64,000 nucleotides of DNA from an uncultured Spirochaetota bacterium (GTDB lineage: Bacteria; Spirochaetota; Spirochaetia; SZUA-6; Fen-1364). Location: positions 32,001-96,000 of the forward strand of contig CAVUXE010000011.1 in the NCBI GenBank assembly GCA_963745235.1, written 5' to 3'. Under the pieces are notes generated by a model. The model was given only the letters and a program-made list of their open reading frames with translations, made no database searches and had not been told where the DNA came from. The translations under genes and the position numbers were made by a program. Position 1 is the stretch's first letter. Each line of letters starts with the position of its first letter. This document shows, one piece after another, positions 1 to 10,854 of this stretch.

Positions 1-910
1 CTGCGAGCTGTGGCCGGGGAACCTCACCGATGTCACCTCCCTTATCCCGGTGGTCAAGCGTCTGAAGAGTCGCTTCGGCATCGCCTCGGTGTGCGTGGTG
101 GCCGATCGAGGGATGATAAGCGCAGAGACGATTCGGAAACTTGAGAGTGCAGATCTCGGCATGTCCTATATCCTCGGGGCGCGCATGCACAAAGACAAAA
201 CGGTGCGCGATGAATTGCTTCCCTCCTCTGCGGAGTTTCAGGTGGTCACGGGAGCGAAGAAGAAGGCCCAGGATCCCTCGCCGCTTTCGGTGCGCGAACA
301 GTGGGTGGGAGGAAAGCGCTACATCGTGTGCTACAACGAAGATCAGGCGCGAAAGGATGCCGCTGACAGGGCAGCCATCGTGGAGTCCCTGAAAGAGAAG
401 CTGAAAAGCGGGGACAAGAGCCTTGTAGGAAACAAGGGCTACAGGCGCTACCTGAAGTCCGCGGGAGCGCAACACTTCACGATTGACGAGGCGAAGCTCG
501 CCGAAGAACAACAATTCGACGGCATGTGGGTTCTTCGAACCAACACGACGTTTGCCGCTGCGGATGTCGCACTAAAGTACAAGCAGTTGTGGATGGTGGA
601 GTCAATCTTCCGTTCGGCCAAGAGCCTCCTTGAGACCCGCCCGATCTATCACAAGGTCGACGATACCATCCGCGGGCACGTGTTCTGTAGTTTCCTCGCC
701 TTGGTGCTGCGAACAGAGTTGGAGACGCGGCTCCAGAACCGAGGGGAGAAGCTGGAATGGGCGGACATCAACAGGGACCTTCGCGCCCTGCAGGAAGTGG
801 AAGTGCAAATGAACGGCAAGAAGCTGTACCTGCGGACTGACCTCCGTGGGGTATGCCACACGGTACTGCAGGCTGCGGGGGTTGCAGTGCCGCAGACGGT
901 CCGCGAATGA
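1..910 (+). mobile_element. IS1634-family transposase, 5'-truncated by the window edge; element end probably near 1014
   Basis: Frame open from position 2 (CELWPGNLTD). Motifs VADRGM, YKQLWMVESIFRSAK and RPIYHK..TIRGHVFCSFLAL are typical of IS1634/IS4-like DDE transposases. Confidence 0.85.
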
Positions 911-1130
911 GGGCGCCGCGTCAGGGAAAGTCGCCTTGTAGTGCCAAAGAACCGTTGCGGCCTTCTAATTCCTTACAGGGAAATAACATCACTTTTCAAA
1001 GTGTAGAAGATGGGTTTGAACAACTGTCGCCAGTCACCTTATTAATATATGACTTTTGATAGACGCACTTGTCAATTGTAATTGATTGTCGGATCAGATG
1101 TAATCTTTTGTTAGCAAATACGAATTTCTG

Positions 1131-1160
1131 TTGACTTTTGTTTTTGATTCGATTTACAAT
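1131..1160 (+). promoter_or_regulatory. Putative sigma70 promoter of the first ABC operon
   Basis: TTGACT-18 bp-TACAAT in an AT-rich intergenic stretch. Confidence 0.45.
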
Positions 1161-1275
1161 CTCCCGATTTCAAGATTCCGGCCGGCGAACGCCTTCGGAC
1201 GACATCGCCAGATCTCAATCTCAGAAAAAACGGATCAGAGGCCATGCAGAAACTACCTGCGGGAGGGTGCGAATA

Positions 1276-2271
1276 ATGGCCAGGCGACTATCTCGCAAAG
1301 TGACGAACGGGCCCGCGATCTCCACGGCTACGATCGCTGATGGCGGGAGCCAGGTGTTGCGTTTGGTCCCTGTGGGGCTTTTACTCGTCATTCTCGTTGT
1401 TCTGAGCGTGCTCGTTCCGTATTTCCTGTCGGTCAGCAATTTTATCAGCGTCCTGATGCAATCCTCGGCCCTCGGCCTCATGGCTGTGGGTCTGACCGCC
1501 GTGCTCATCACCGGAGGAATAGACCTCTCGGTGCCTTCACTCATGTCCTTTAGCGCCGTACTTGGGGCCATGTACATGAAATCGGGAGGCAGCCCCGTGG
1601 CGGCCAGCCTCCTCATGCTGGTGGTTGCAATCGCCGGCGGATGTATCAACGGAGCGGCTGTCGCCTATCTCAGGATGATCCCGTTCGTTGTAACGCTTTC
1701 CACCATGGCCATTTTCAGCGGCGCTTCGATCTGGATCACGAACGCCGTGAGCGTCACAGGCATACCGCGCGTCTTCATCACGACCGTGATGGCCGACGTC
1801 TGGATAATTCCCGTCCCCGTGATTGCCTTCATCGTCGTGACCCTCATCGTTCAACTCTTCCTCACGCGCAGCCTCTACGGGAGGTGGCTGTACGCGGTCG
1901 GGATCAACATCCGCGCCGCGAGGGTCTCGGGCATTCCCGCCCAGCGGGTGCTGTTCGGCGCATACGTGTTCTCGGGGTTCATCGCCGGACTGGCGGCCAT
2001 CGTCACCACTGCTTGGCTGGGAACCGCGGGGGGCACAATCGGCTCCGAAGGGGTCGTTCTGGATGTCGTCAGCTCGGCAGTCCTCGGCGGCGTGAGTATC
2101 TACGGGGGCGCCGGAACGGCGCTTGGAGCGCTCATTGGCACCGTTCTCATCAAGCTCATCAGCAACAGCCTGAACTTCCTGCAGGCGTCCTACTACATGA
2201 CGTTGGTAGTGAAGGGGATCGTCATCGTCGGCTTCGTGGCTATCGACTCCCTGTTCCGCAGAAAGTCATAG
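1276..2271 (+). CDS. Sugar ABC permease (RbsC/CUT2 family)
   Basis: GGIDLSV, PFVVTL, GR.LYAVG.N..AA..SG and AVLGG motifs; GGGAGGG RBS before ATG 1276. Confidence 0.9.
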   Translation: MARRLSRKVTNGPAISTATIADGGSQVLRLVPVGLLLVILVVLSVLVPYFLSVSNFISVLMQSSALGLMAVGLTAVLITGGIDLSVPSLMSFSAVLGAMYMKSGGSPVAASLLMLVVAIAGGCINGAAVAYLRMIPFVVTLSTMAIFSGASIWITNAVSVTGIPRVFITTVMADVWIIPVPVIAFIVVTLIVQLFLTRSLYGRWLYAVGINIRAARVSGIPAQRVLFGAYVFSGFIAGLAAIVTTAWLGTAGGTIGSEGVVLDVVSSAVLGGVSIYGGAGTALGALIGTVLIKLISNSLNFLQASYYMTLVVKGIVIVGFVAIDSLFRRKS

Positions 2272-2286
2272 GGGAGGAGAAACGGA

Positions 2287-3798
2287 ATGAGCAACCCGTT
2301 CCTGCGTATGGTGGACATCAGAAAGAGATTCCCCGGCGTAGAGGCCCTGAAGGGAGTCACCTTCGAAGCCTTTGCTAGCGAGGCAACGGCCCTCATCGGC
2401 GCAAACGGCGCCGGGAAGAGCACGCTGATGAACGTGCTGGGCGGAGTCATCGCGGCTGACAACGGGCACATCGAGATCGACGGGGTGCAGGCGACCATCC
2501 GCGCGCCCGCCGAGGCGTCACGGCACGGCGTGGCTTTCGTCCACCAGGAGCTGGCGCTCATGCCCACTCTCAGCATCCTGGACAACATGCTGATATCGGA
2601 CTTCCCCGGCCGCAAGGGTTTCATAGATTATGGGAGCGGCGAAAAGCTCTGCCGCGATGCGCTGGCGCAGCTCGGGTACGATTTCGCCCTCCGCACGCAG
2701 GTGCGCGATCTAAGCCCGGGAGACCAGCAGATCGTGGAGATTGCCCGGACGCTCCTGGGCAAAACGAAGATCGTGATCTTCGACGAGCCCACCTCCTCCC
2801 TGACCTCCCGCGAAAAGGAGCGCTTGTTCGAAATCATTGGAATCATGAAGTCGCGAGGCACCACCATCATCTATATCACCCACCTCCTTGATGAGGTCTT
2901 CACCGTCTGCGAGCGAGCGGTCATCATGCGCAATGGCGCGAAGGTGGCGGAAAGCATGATCGGGGACCTGACGCGAGAAGCGATCGTGGAAAAAATGATC
3001 GGATCTCATGAGGTGGTAAACTACTTCCAGCACCGCGAGCGGAAGCCGGGGGACCTGCTTCTGTCGGTGGAGAACCTGCAGCGGGAGGGCTTCCTCGACA
3101 ACGTCAGCTTTACACTCCGCCGAGGGGAAGTGGTCGGGCTGTGGGGGCTGCTTGGGTCCGGGCGCACGGAGCTCTTCCGTGCCTTGATGGGCTTGGATCA
3201 GATCAACGCCGGCCGTATCAAGCTCCACAGGGACGGCAGCGTTGTGGAGCTGAAACCGAAGAACGCGCACAAGGTGATGGGGCTACTGACGGAGGACCGC
3301 CGGACTGACGGCCTCCTGCTGCCGATGTCTATCCGCCTCAACATGTCCCTTGCCAATCTCAGGAACCTTCTCTCCCGGCTGCGGCCGTTCATCGCGCGCG
3401 CGAGCGAGGAGCGGATCACGAGGGAATACGTCACGAAGCTGAACATCAAAAGCACCTCCATTGAGCAGAAGGTCGGAACGCTGAGCGGAGGGAACCAGCA
3501 GAAGGTCGTCGTGGGTCGCTGGCTTCAGACAAAGCCCCTTATCTTCCTGTTGGACGAGCCCACGCGGGGGTTGGACGTCGAGGCCAAGGCGGAGCTGCAT
3601 TCGATTGTTGGCGACCTCGCGGACAGCGGGGCGGCGGTGCTGATCGTCTCATCCGATCTGGATGAGATCATAAGCCTCTCCGATCGATTCCTCGTGATGG
3701 TTCGCGGGCGGATCGTCGAGGAGTTTCCCGGCGCCGTCACCAAGCATCGCCTTCTTGCCACTGCGTCAGGCATTTCCGTTGCGTCTGTGAAGGAGTGA
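2287..3798 (+). CDS. Sugar ABC ATP-binding protein (two NBDs)
   Basis: GANGAGKST, FDEPT, LSGGNQQKV, LDEPTRG. Confidence 0.95.
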   Translation: MSNPFLRMVDIRKRFPGVEALKGVTFEAFASEATALIGANGAGKSTLMNVLGGVIAADNGHIEIDGVQATIRAPAEASRHGVAFVHQELALMPTLSILDNMLISDFPGRKGFIDYGSGEKLCRDALAQLGYDFALRTQVRDLSPGDQQIVEIARTLLGKTKIVIFDEPTSSLTSREKERLFEIIGIMKSRGTTIIYITHLLDEVFTVCERAVIMRNGAKVAESMIGDLTREAIVEKMIGSHEVVNYFQHRERKPGDLLLSVENLQREGFLDNVSFTLRRGEVVGLWGLLGSGRTELFRALMGLDQINAGRIKLHRDGSVVELKPKNAHKVMGLLTEDRRTDGLLLPMSIRLNMSLANLRNLLSRLRPFIARASEERITREYVTKLNIKSTSIEQKVGTLSGGNQQKVVVGRWLQTKPLIFLLDEPTRGLDVEAKAELHSIVGDLADSGAAVLIVSSDLDEIISLSDRFLVMVRGRIVEEFPGAVTKHRLLATASGISVASVKE

Positions 3799-3802
3799 CA
3801 CG

Positions 3803-4780
3803 ATGCTGGCCAGGAAACGCCTTACAGTCGGAACCTTTCTCCTTTCTTACGGTTTTCCCCTGACTCTTGTCGTGATCATCATCCTTATTTCGGTGGTCTC
3901 GCCGGCGTTCTTCACGTTCAAAAATGCCATTTTCATCCTGCATGCCGCCGCGCCGACGATGATCCTGGCAACCGGGGTGGCCCTAGTCCTGATGACAGGC
4001 AAAATCGATATTTCCATCGGGTCCACGGCGTACCTCTCCGCCGGGATCGGCATCATGCTCATGACCCACGCGCACGTGAACCCGATTGTCGCGTGCCTGA
4101 TCATCTTTGCCATGGGAGCCATCCTGGGCGCGGTCAACGGTTTCGTCGTGGTGGTGCTGCGCGTCAATCCACTTATCACAACCCTAGGGACCTTCTTCAC
4201 GTTTCGCGGCCTGGCCCTGGAAATTACCAACTCTCTGACGATCACGATTCCCCAGGGGCTCAGCAACTTCGGTAGCATCCGGTTCGGACCGATATTCCTG
4301 GACATCCTGCTCGCGGCAGTGGTCCTGGCCGTCTACCAGCTCATCCACACGAGGAGCGTTTTCGGAAGGCATGTCATGGCCATCGGCAACGGCGCCGAGA
4401 TAGCCCAGAAGCTGGGCGTTCCCGTGGACAGGACATCCTTCCTCACGTTCATGCTCGCGGGGCTCATGGCCAGCATCGGCGGCGTGCTGACGATGGCGCA
4501 AGTCGGCACAATCTCTCCGTCCCTGGGCCAGGGCTACGAGTTCACGGCCATCGCGCTCCTGGTCATCGGAGGGGTCAGCCTCTTCGGCGGTGAAGGGACG
4601 ATTGTGCCGGGAGTCCTTCTCGGGGCGCTGACCCTCACGATCATCCAGAGCGGGCTGAACTTCATCGGCGCTTCCCCTTTTGTCTATCCCCTGGTGCGGG
4701 GAGGGATCATTTTCGTCGCCATGTACGCGGACTCGCTCAAGAACGCGGTGGCAAGGAAGGTGAGGCTCATACCCGAATAG
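3803..4780 (+). CDS. Sugar ABC permease
   Basis: GKIDISIG, PLITTLGT, VIGGVSLFGG; hydrophobic. Confidence 0.9.
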   Translation: MLARKRLTVGTFLLSYGFPLTLVVIIILISVVSPAFFTFKNAIFILHAAAPTMILATGVALVLMTGKIDISIGSTAYLSAGIGIMLMTHAHVNPIVACLIIFAMGAILGAVNGFVVVVLRVNPLITTLGTFFTFRGLALEITNSLTITIPQGLSNFGSIRFGPIFLDILLAAVVLAVYQLIHTRSVFGRHVMAIGNGAEIAQKLGVPVDRTSFLTFMLAGLMASIGGVLTMAQVGTISPSLGQGYEFTAIALLVIGGVSLFGGEGTIVPGVLLGALTLTIIQSGLNFIGASPFVYPLVRGGIIFVAMYADSLKNAVARKVRLIPE

Positions 4781-4898
4781 TGCACCGTGGCAGCGGAAGG
4801 AGGTAAAAGAGTTTCCTGTTCGAAAGGAGAGGGGCGGAAAAGCCGCCTCGCGGATAGACCGCTTCCCTCGATCATGGATTTGTCAGAGGAGGACAAGG

Positions 4899-5933
4899 AT
4901 GAGCAGATTCAAGGTTCTATTTGCCGTCGTCGCGGTCCTGGCCGTCTTCGCATTTTTCGGCGGGCAGGCCTTTGCGGGCGGGCAGTCTGAATCAGCGGCA
5001 AAGGCCGCAGGAGGGGGCAAGGTCATCCGCGTAGGCGTGTCCTACAACGAGAAGATCCACTCCCAGATCCAGGCCTGGACGGATGAGCTGGCCAAGTACG
5101 GCAAAACCTACGGCGCGGAACACAACGTCCAGTTTCAATGGATTGTGAACGTGGCAAACGGGGATCCGTCCACTCAGGCGTCGAACATCCAGGATCTCAT
5201 CAACCAGCACGTTGACCTGATCGTGGCCCGCGCCGAGGACGCCGCGGCAATCGGGTCATCCATCGATGCCGCGCACAAGGCAGGGATCCCTTTCATCACG
5301 TTTGATCGCCAGTCTTCTACGGTCCAGCCGGACGCCCACGTGGGCGGTGACAGCTATGCGCAAGGCTTGACGGTGGCGAACGCGGCAGCAGACATGCTCC
5401 AGAAAGCCAACGTGCAAGGCAAGGCAATCGAGCTGCTCGGCGACCTTAGGGACATGAACGCGGTCCTCCGCAGCCAGGCCTGGCACCAAGTGGAGGCTGG
5501 CAAGAAGGCGTGGTCCACCGTTCAGCAGGTGCCGACGGACTGGAAGCCCGAGAACTTCTACACCGGCACCGCGAATGCGCTTGCGGCCCATCCGGAGGCG
5601 AACGTGATCTTCGCGGCGAGCGACTTCGCCATCGATGGCGTGCTCAAGGCCCTCAAGGAGGCCAACAAACTCTGGCCCGCGGGAGATCCCCGGCACGTGT
5701 ACCTGTTCACCTGTGACGTGCAGCCCCAGGCGTTGCAGCCGCTGCATGACGGGTACATCGACATCGCCTCCTCGTATGAAGCATACGCACAGGCCGACGA
5801 GCTTGTCACCGTGATCGCGCAGCTGCTGGCGGGCGAGAAGGTCCAGGGGACACACCTCGTCCCGGGCCGGTTGTTCACGCCGCAGAACGTTGACTCAATG
5901 AAGAACGTGTGGTCAAGGGACTACAAGGACTAG
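4899..5933 (+). CDS. Sugar ABC substrate-binding protein (RbsB-like)
   Basis: Signal peptide, AGIPFITFDR motif, position in ABC operon. Confidence 0.9.
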   Translation: MSRFKVLFAVVAVLAVFAFFGGQAFAGGQSESAAKAAGGGKVIRVGVSYNEKIHSQIQAWTDELAKYGKTYGAEHNVQFQWIVNVANGDPSTQASNIQDLINQHVDLIVARAEDAAAIGSSIDAAHKAGIPFITFDRQSSTVQPDAHVGGDSYAQGLTVANAAADMLQKANVQGKAIELLGDLRDMNAVLRSQAWHQVEAGKKAWSTVQQVPTDWKPENFYTGTANALAAHPEANVIFAASDFAIDGVLKALKEANKLWPAGDPRHVYLFTCDVQPQALQPLHDGYIDIASSYEAYAQADELVTVIAQLLAGEKVQGTHLVPGRLFTPQNVDSMKNVWSRDYKD

Positions 5934-6044
5934 GCTTTTTTGCCGTGAGTGTCACCCACGGCTTCGACGGAACGCGCGTCCGGATCCGGGCGCGCGCCCG
6001 TCGCCATCAGTCCCGTGGATGGCCGCAAGCCTGAAGGAAGGGAC

Positions 6045-7472
6045 ATGAGAAAATATAGGGTGGGACTGCTGACGTTCTCCGACGGTCGACAGTACCAGCA
6101 CGAGCAGTTATTGCCCGTGAACAGGGACTACCAGCGGCGCGTCCTGCAGGCGATCGAGGGGACCGGCGTGGTCACGGTGATCGAGGGCCGCCAGATTATC
6201 TGGAACAACAAAATCGCCAACGAGGAGGCGAGCCGCCTATCAGAGGCTGGCGTCGATGCCGTCATCTTCAACTATGCCATCTGGTGCTTTCCCCATCTTT
6301 CCGCGATAGCGGCAGGGCTGGTCCGGCGCCCCATGCTCCTGTTTTCCAATCTCAATCCTGGCGAGCCGGGAATGGTGGGAATGCTTGCAGCGGCAGGAGC
6401 CATGGATCAGCTGGGCCTCACCTACGAGCGCGCCTGGGGCGACATCAACGAGCCTGCCGTCCTGGAAAGGGTCATGACATTCGTCAGGGCGGCAAGCGCG
6501 GTCTCCATGCTGCGCGGGCAGACCTTCGGAACTTTCGGCGGCAGGCCGCTGGGGATGTACACGGCGGTCGCCAACTTGGACCAATGGCAGCAGATTTTCG
6601 GTGTCGATATAGAGTACAACGAGCAGTCCGACATTGTGGCCTGTGCCGCGGAGGTCCCGCAGGCGAAGGTGGCCTTGGCGCAAAAGTGGCTCGAAGAGCG
6701 GGTGGGGGCTATCCGCTATGACGGTAAGGCTCTCACAAAAGAAAAGCTCCAGCTTGCCATCCGTTCCTATTACGCGTTGAGGAGAATCGTCGACGAGAGG
6801 AAGCTAGATTTCATCGGCGTCAAGGCGCAGCCGGAAGCTTACAGAGCGATTCGTTACGATGGACCTCGCAGAGGCCTTCCTTAATGATCCTTATGACTGG
6901 GATGGGCCCCATGAGCCCATCATCGCGGCAACGGAATCCGACATGGATGGCGCTCTGACGATGCAGCTTTTCAAACACCTGACCCGGGGGCAACCCGTCC
7001 TGTTTGCAGATGTTCGGCATTATGACCGTGAAAACGACCTCTGGTATTTCTCCAACTCCGGGATGCACCCCACCTATTTCGCGGGGAAGTCTGACCGGCC
7101 AGAGGACAATCTCAGTCGCGTCACCTTCTACCCAGAAGTGTCGGACTATCCGGCTGGGGTCCCTCGGTGCACCATTTTGCGGCTCCTGGCAGGATGACGT
7201 TCGCGCGAATGGCGAGAAGAAACGGCATCTACTGGCTGGCCCTCCTGAATGGGGAGATCGTCGAGGTCGAACGCGAGAAGGCGCTTAGGATGGGGCAAAC
7301 GGTGACACCGGAGTGGCCTATTGCCTTCACTCGCCTGGACTGCGGCGTTTCGGATTTCCTCTCCGTGTTTCCCTGCAATCACATCCACGGCGTCTACGGC
7401 GACTGGGCTGAGACATTTTCCCAGGTTGCACGCGTGCTGGGTATCGAGGTCCACCGCTTCGGGACGCGATGA
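6045..7472 (+). CDS. L-fucose/D-arabinose isomerase-family protein with two frameshifts (~6835, ~7160); sequencing error or pseudogene
   Basis: PGMVGMLA, FGGRPLGMYT, AFLNDPYDWDG, ATESDMDGALTMQ, FADVRH and FPCNHIHGVYGD spread over three consecutive frames. Confidence 0.8.
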
Positions 7473-7491
7473 GAACCCCAGGGAGGTGTTC

Positions 7492-8358
7492 ATGCACAAC
7501 AAGGTCGGGATCTACTATGCATATTGGACCCATGACTGGGACGTTGACTTCGTGCCTTTTCTTGCGAGGGTCAAGAAACTAGGCTTCGATGTGCTGGAGA
7601 TCAACGCAGGAACACTCGGGGCGATGAACTCAGCGCAAAGCAAGCGGCTTCGGACTGCTTCTGAGGAGACAGGGGTTCCCATGAGTTGCTGCATTGGGCT
7701 GCCACCCTCCTCCGACATGGCCGCTTCCGACGCATCGACACGAAAAGAGGGAGTTGCACACCTCAGCCGAATCGCTGACGGCATGGTGGAAACGGGGATA
7801 CAACGCCTCACGGGAATTCTGTACTCCTGCTGGCCGGGATCGCTCGAAGGACGGGAAGTCAGCAAGAAGCAGGCCTGGGATTGGAGCGTTGCTGGCATGA
7901 AAGAAGCGATCAAGAAGGCTGAAGACCTTGGGTTGACGTATAACGTTGAAGTAGTGAATCGGTTCGAGCAATTCCTCATCAATACCGCGGAAGAGGCTGT
8001 CCAGTATGTGAAAGCGGTCGGAAGCCCGAATCTAAAGATACTCCTTGACACGTATCACATGAACATCGAAGAGGACAGTTTCGAACGGGCTATAGAGACC
8101 GCCGGAAGCCTCCTAGGCCATCTTCATACGGGAGAGAGCAACCGCAAGCCTCCCGGTAGGGGGCATATCCCATGGAAAGAGATCGGATCTGCGTTGAAAA
8201 CAGTGGAGTTCACAGGCTGGGTTGTTATGGAACCCTTCCTTATGCCCGGCGGAGAGGTCGGGCGAGACATCAAGGTCAACCGCGAGCTGATGCCGCAGAT
8301 CGATCTTGATGAAGAGGCGCGAAGAGCATGCGCATTTACCAGAGAGTTTCTTGTTTGA
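7492..8358 (+). CDS. D-psicose/D-tagatose 3-epimerase family protein (copy 1)
   Basis: GIYYAYW, EVVNRFEQF, DTYHMNIEE, HTGESNR, VMEPF..PGG: full E/D/H/E metal site. Confidence 0.9.
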   Translation: MHNKVGIYYAYWTHDWDVDFVPFLARVKKLGFDVLEINAGTLGAMNSAQSKRLRTASEETGVPMSCCIGLPPSSDMAASDASTRKEGVAHLSRIADGMVETGIQRLTGILYSCWPGSLEGREVSKKQAWDWSVAGMKEAIKKAEDLGLTYNVEVVNRFEQFLINTAEEAVQYVKAVGSPNLKILLDTYHMNIEEDSFERAIETAGSLLGHLHTGESNRKPPGRGHIPWKEIGSALKTVEFTGWVVMEPFLMPGGEVGRDIKVNRELMPQIDLDEEARRACAFTREFLV

Positions 8359-8416
8359 ATGATTTAGGAATTTAGGCCGCTCCTCGAAGGGTAGGGCCTA
8401 TCTAAGTAAGCTATCC

Positions 8417-8677
8417 ATGCGAACCTATGACCTTAGGAAAGGTGCAAAGCTGCACCTTAGAGACGATCGCAATGCCGAATTGCTTGATTCATTAAGGAGT
8501 CTAAAGAGAAAGGTGAGAGTTGAAAGGCCAACCGCTAATATCGAGACCATCATGAGTTATGACATTGCTGCTTATCTAGGTGAAGATGGCGTCTGGCATG
8601 ATGATTTGGAGTATTCCAAAGAAGAAATTGGCCAACGTCAACGCGCCTACGAGCGACGATCGGATTTGTTGACGTAA
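8417..8677 (+). CDS. Small hypothetical protein (86 aa)
   Basis: Clean ORF with ATG between two sense genes; no recognised family. Confidence 0.5.
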   Translation: MRTYDLRKGAKLHLRDDRNAELLDSLRSLKRKVRVERPTANIETIMSYDIAAYLGEDGVWHDDLEYSKEEIGQRQRAYERRSDLLT

Positions 8678-8761
8678 GGAAGTGCAAACCGCGGATGTGC
8701 GGGCAGCCGCTGGTTACTACGAAAGGCGTTGTGTGATGGAGATGATGGAGAGGAGGCTATC

Positions 8762-9247
8762 ATGGATGAAAAAAAGAGTGAGCTCCTAAGAGTGGAGAAC
8801 GACGAAAAGGAACTGACTTTTGAGTCTTTCGGAAACGAGGATGCAATCAATCTGGGGTTGGCATTCCTGAAGACAGCGCGCGAGCGTAAGCTTCCGATTA
8901 CTCTGGACATTGAACGCAGCGGGCAGCGTCTATTTCATTTTGCTGCAACCGGGACCTCAATTGATAACGCGAATTGGATAGAGCGAAAAAAGAATCTGGT
9001 CAAGACGCTTTTCAAAAGCTCCTACGCGATCCATCTCCAGCTCGAAAACGAACACAAAACCCTCGATCAAAGGTACGAGAGCCCAATGAGTCACCTTGCA
9101 GCGCACGGCGGATGCTTTCCCATTGTTGTCAGAGGCACTGGATTTGTGGGTACTATCACAGTTTCGGGTCTTCCTCAAAAGGATGATCACGACCTAGTAG
9201 TAGAAGTGATTCGGGAGCATCTTAGGTCGGCACAATCGTTCAAATAA
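8762..9247 (+). CDS. UPF0303 / GlcG-HbpS-like heme-binding domain protein
   Basis: DNANWIERKKN, AAHGGCFPI, TVSGLPQKDDH; AGGAGG RBS. Confidence 0.85.
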   Translation: MDEKKSELLRVENDEKELTFESFGNEDAINLGLAFLKTARERKLPITLDIERSGQRLFHFAATGTSIDNANWIERKKNLVKTLFKSSYAIHLQLENEHKTLDQRYESPMSHLAAHGGCFPIVVRGTGFVGTITVSGLPQKDDHDLVVEVIREHLRSAQSFK

Positions 9248-9432
9248 GATTAAGATGCGGAATTGCTGTGTGGTATCGATGCCAATTGAGCTTGTAGCAG
9301 CGGCAATGTCGGCGCCATCTTTCTTGTGGTGGAACGGGACCCGGGTAGGCTTTCAGCGATTTCGGTAATACGAGCGGTAATGAAAACGGCCCCGACGTGC
9401 TTGGACGTCAGTTGGTCAGGCGAGTCCATTTT

Positions 9433-9473
9433 ACCCCTCCCTTCGTATGTTAGACAATATTATCTTGTATAAC
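9433..9473. repeat. 41-bp element, copy 1 (35/41 identical to 63876-63916)
   Basis: acccctcccttcgtatgttagacaatattatcttgtataac, aligned by hand. Confidence 0.75.
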
Positions 9474-9779
9474 AGTTTCGGACTTTGCCGACAAAGACTG
9501 AGTCTTCCTCATGCAGCGTTGTTGTGGCTGATTTCTTGAGAGGAGAGTTATTTTGACAACTCTTGAAACATTTTCCGGATAGTGGGGTTTTTCATTTCGT
9601 CATTTAGCAGCACATAGTATTTGTGACCCGCTCCGAGTGGAATTTTCGAAAATATGATGTCAACTTTGCCAAAGAAAGGACTTTTTCTCGACAGCCCAAC
9701 CGGCAAGGCAAAGACCACTGTAAATGCGGTTGGGGAGGCGTTTCGCCGTATGGCCCGCACCTCGTGTCCTTTGGAATCA

Positions 9780-10150
9780 CCGAGATCAAACGGCGTGAGC
9801 GTGATGTCAAAGTAGTTGCGACCGGTCTGATGGTTCATAGGGCCCTCGCCGCAGCCACGCTTCTATCAGAGCAAGGGATGGAGGTTGAGGTGATCGATTC
9901 CAGGACCCTTGTTCTCTTGGACTGCGACGCAATCGTCGAGTCGGTTCGCAAAACTGGGCGTTAGTTGTAGTAAACGAGGACGAACGTACCTAGCTAGCTA
10001 TAGCTAAGCTAGGGGCTCGCTTCCGAAATCGCTGCGATTGCCGCTGAGGAAGCAATTGGTCGCTGGATGCGACGGTCATACGTGTGACCATCCCCGACAC
10101 TCCTATCCCCTTTGCGCCGAACAGCGAGGCTGCCATCCTTCCTGGCAGAG
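9780..10150 (+). pseudogene. Remnant of a 2-oxoacid/acetoin dehydrogenase E1-beta (transketolase C-terminal) gene
   Basis: VVATGLMVHRALAAA..EVEVIDSRTL..IVESVRKTGR then stops; later ASEIAAIAAEEA. Confidence 0.7.
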
Positions 10151-10854
10151 AGAGTATCATAGCGGCAGTGCTTTCCGTCCTGTAGGGCGCGGTCGAGTGA
10201 ACGCCGCCACATTTTGTTTCGATGAACGGTATGGAGGTTCACTTTGCTGCAGCCATTCCCATTTGCGAGAATGAAGTTCAATTAACCACTCGCCGGCTTT
10301 GGTTTCGGTCGTAGCAGGGGACGTTCTTGCACCAAATGTCGATCCCAAGGGCGCCTGCGGCCTTAGAAGCAGCGGCACGACTTTTCGAGACCTTACAATT
10401 CTACGGATAGTGCGGAAGGCGGCTATACGGAACGGATCGCGGCGGCGCTCGGCCGTAGGTATTCGCAATTTATTGGGAGAGTTGAGAGGCCTGGAGAGCA
10501 AATGATAGATCAAGATAGGTCTTTTCCTTATTGACTCAAGTGTCGCAGCTATGGTTTTCTTTTCCCATGACTGTGGTCTTAAGAGACCAGGAAAATTCGA
10601 ACATTTTTTGCGGTGGCAGCTTGTTTCGTGAAATAGCCGGTAATCTTCCATGCCCTGTAAACGGTCCATACGAAAGAAAGAGGAGTCCAACCCACAGAAC
10701 AAGCATAGAAAGACCTTCGTGTTTTGAAGTCTACGTCTATGGCGTGAGTCTCAGGAGATGATCGAATCGTGGATAATTCAACAAGGCGGGCGTATTCATA
10801 CGCCACTGGACGCTCTCGGAGTCTTGGCTTTTCCTTTAGACAGTCTTCATCGGC

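Noticed and set aside
10150-10850. Possible ncRNA or riboswitch in the long intergenic gap
   Set aside because: No recognisable motif or convincing structure by eye; an Rfam scan would be needed
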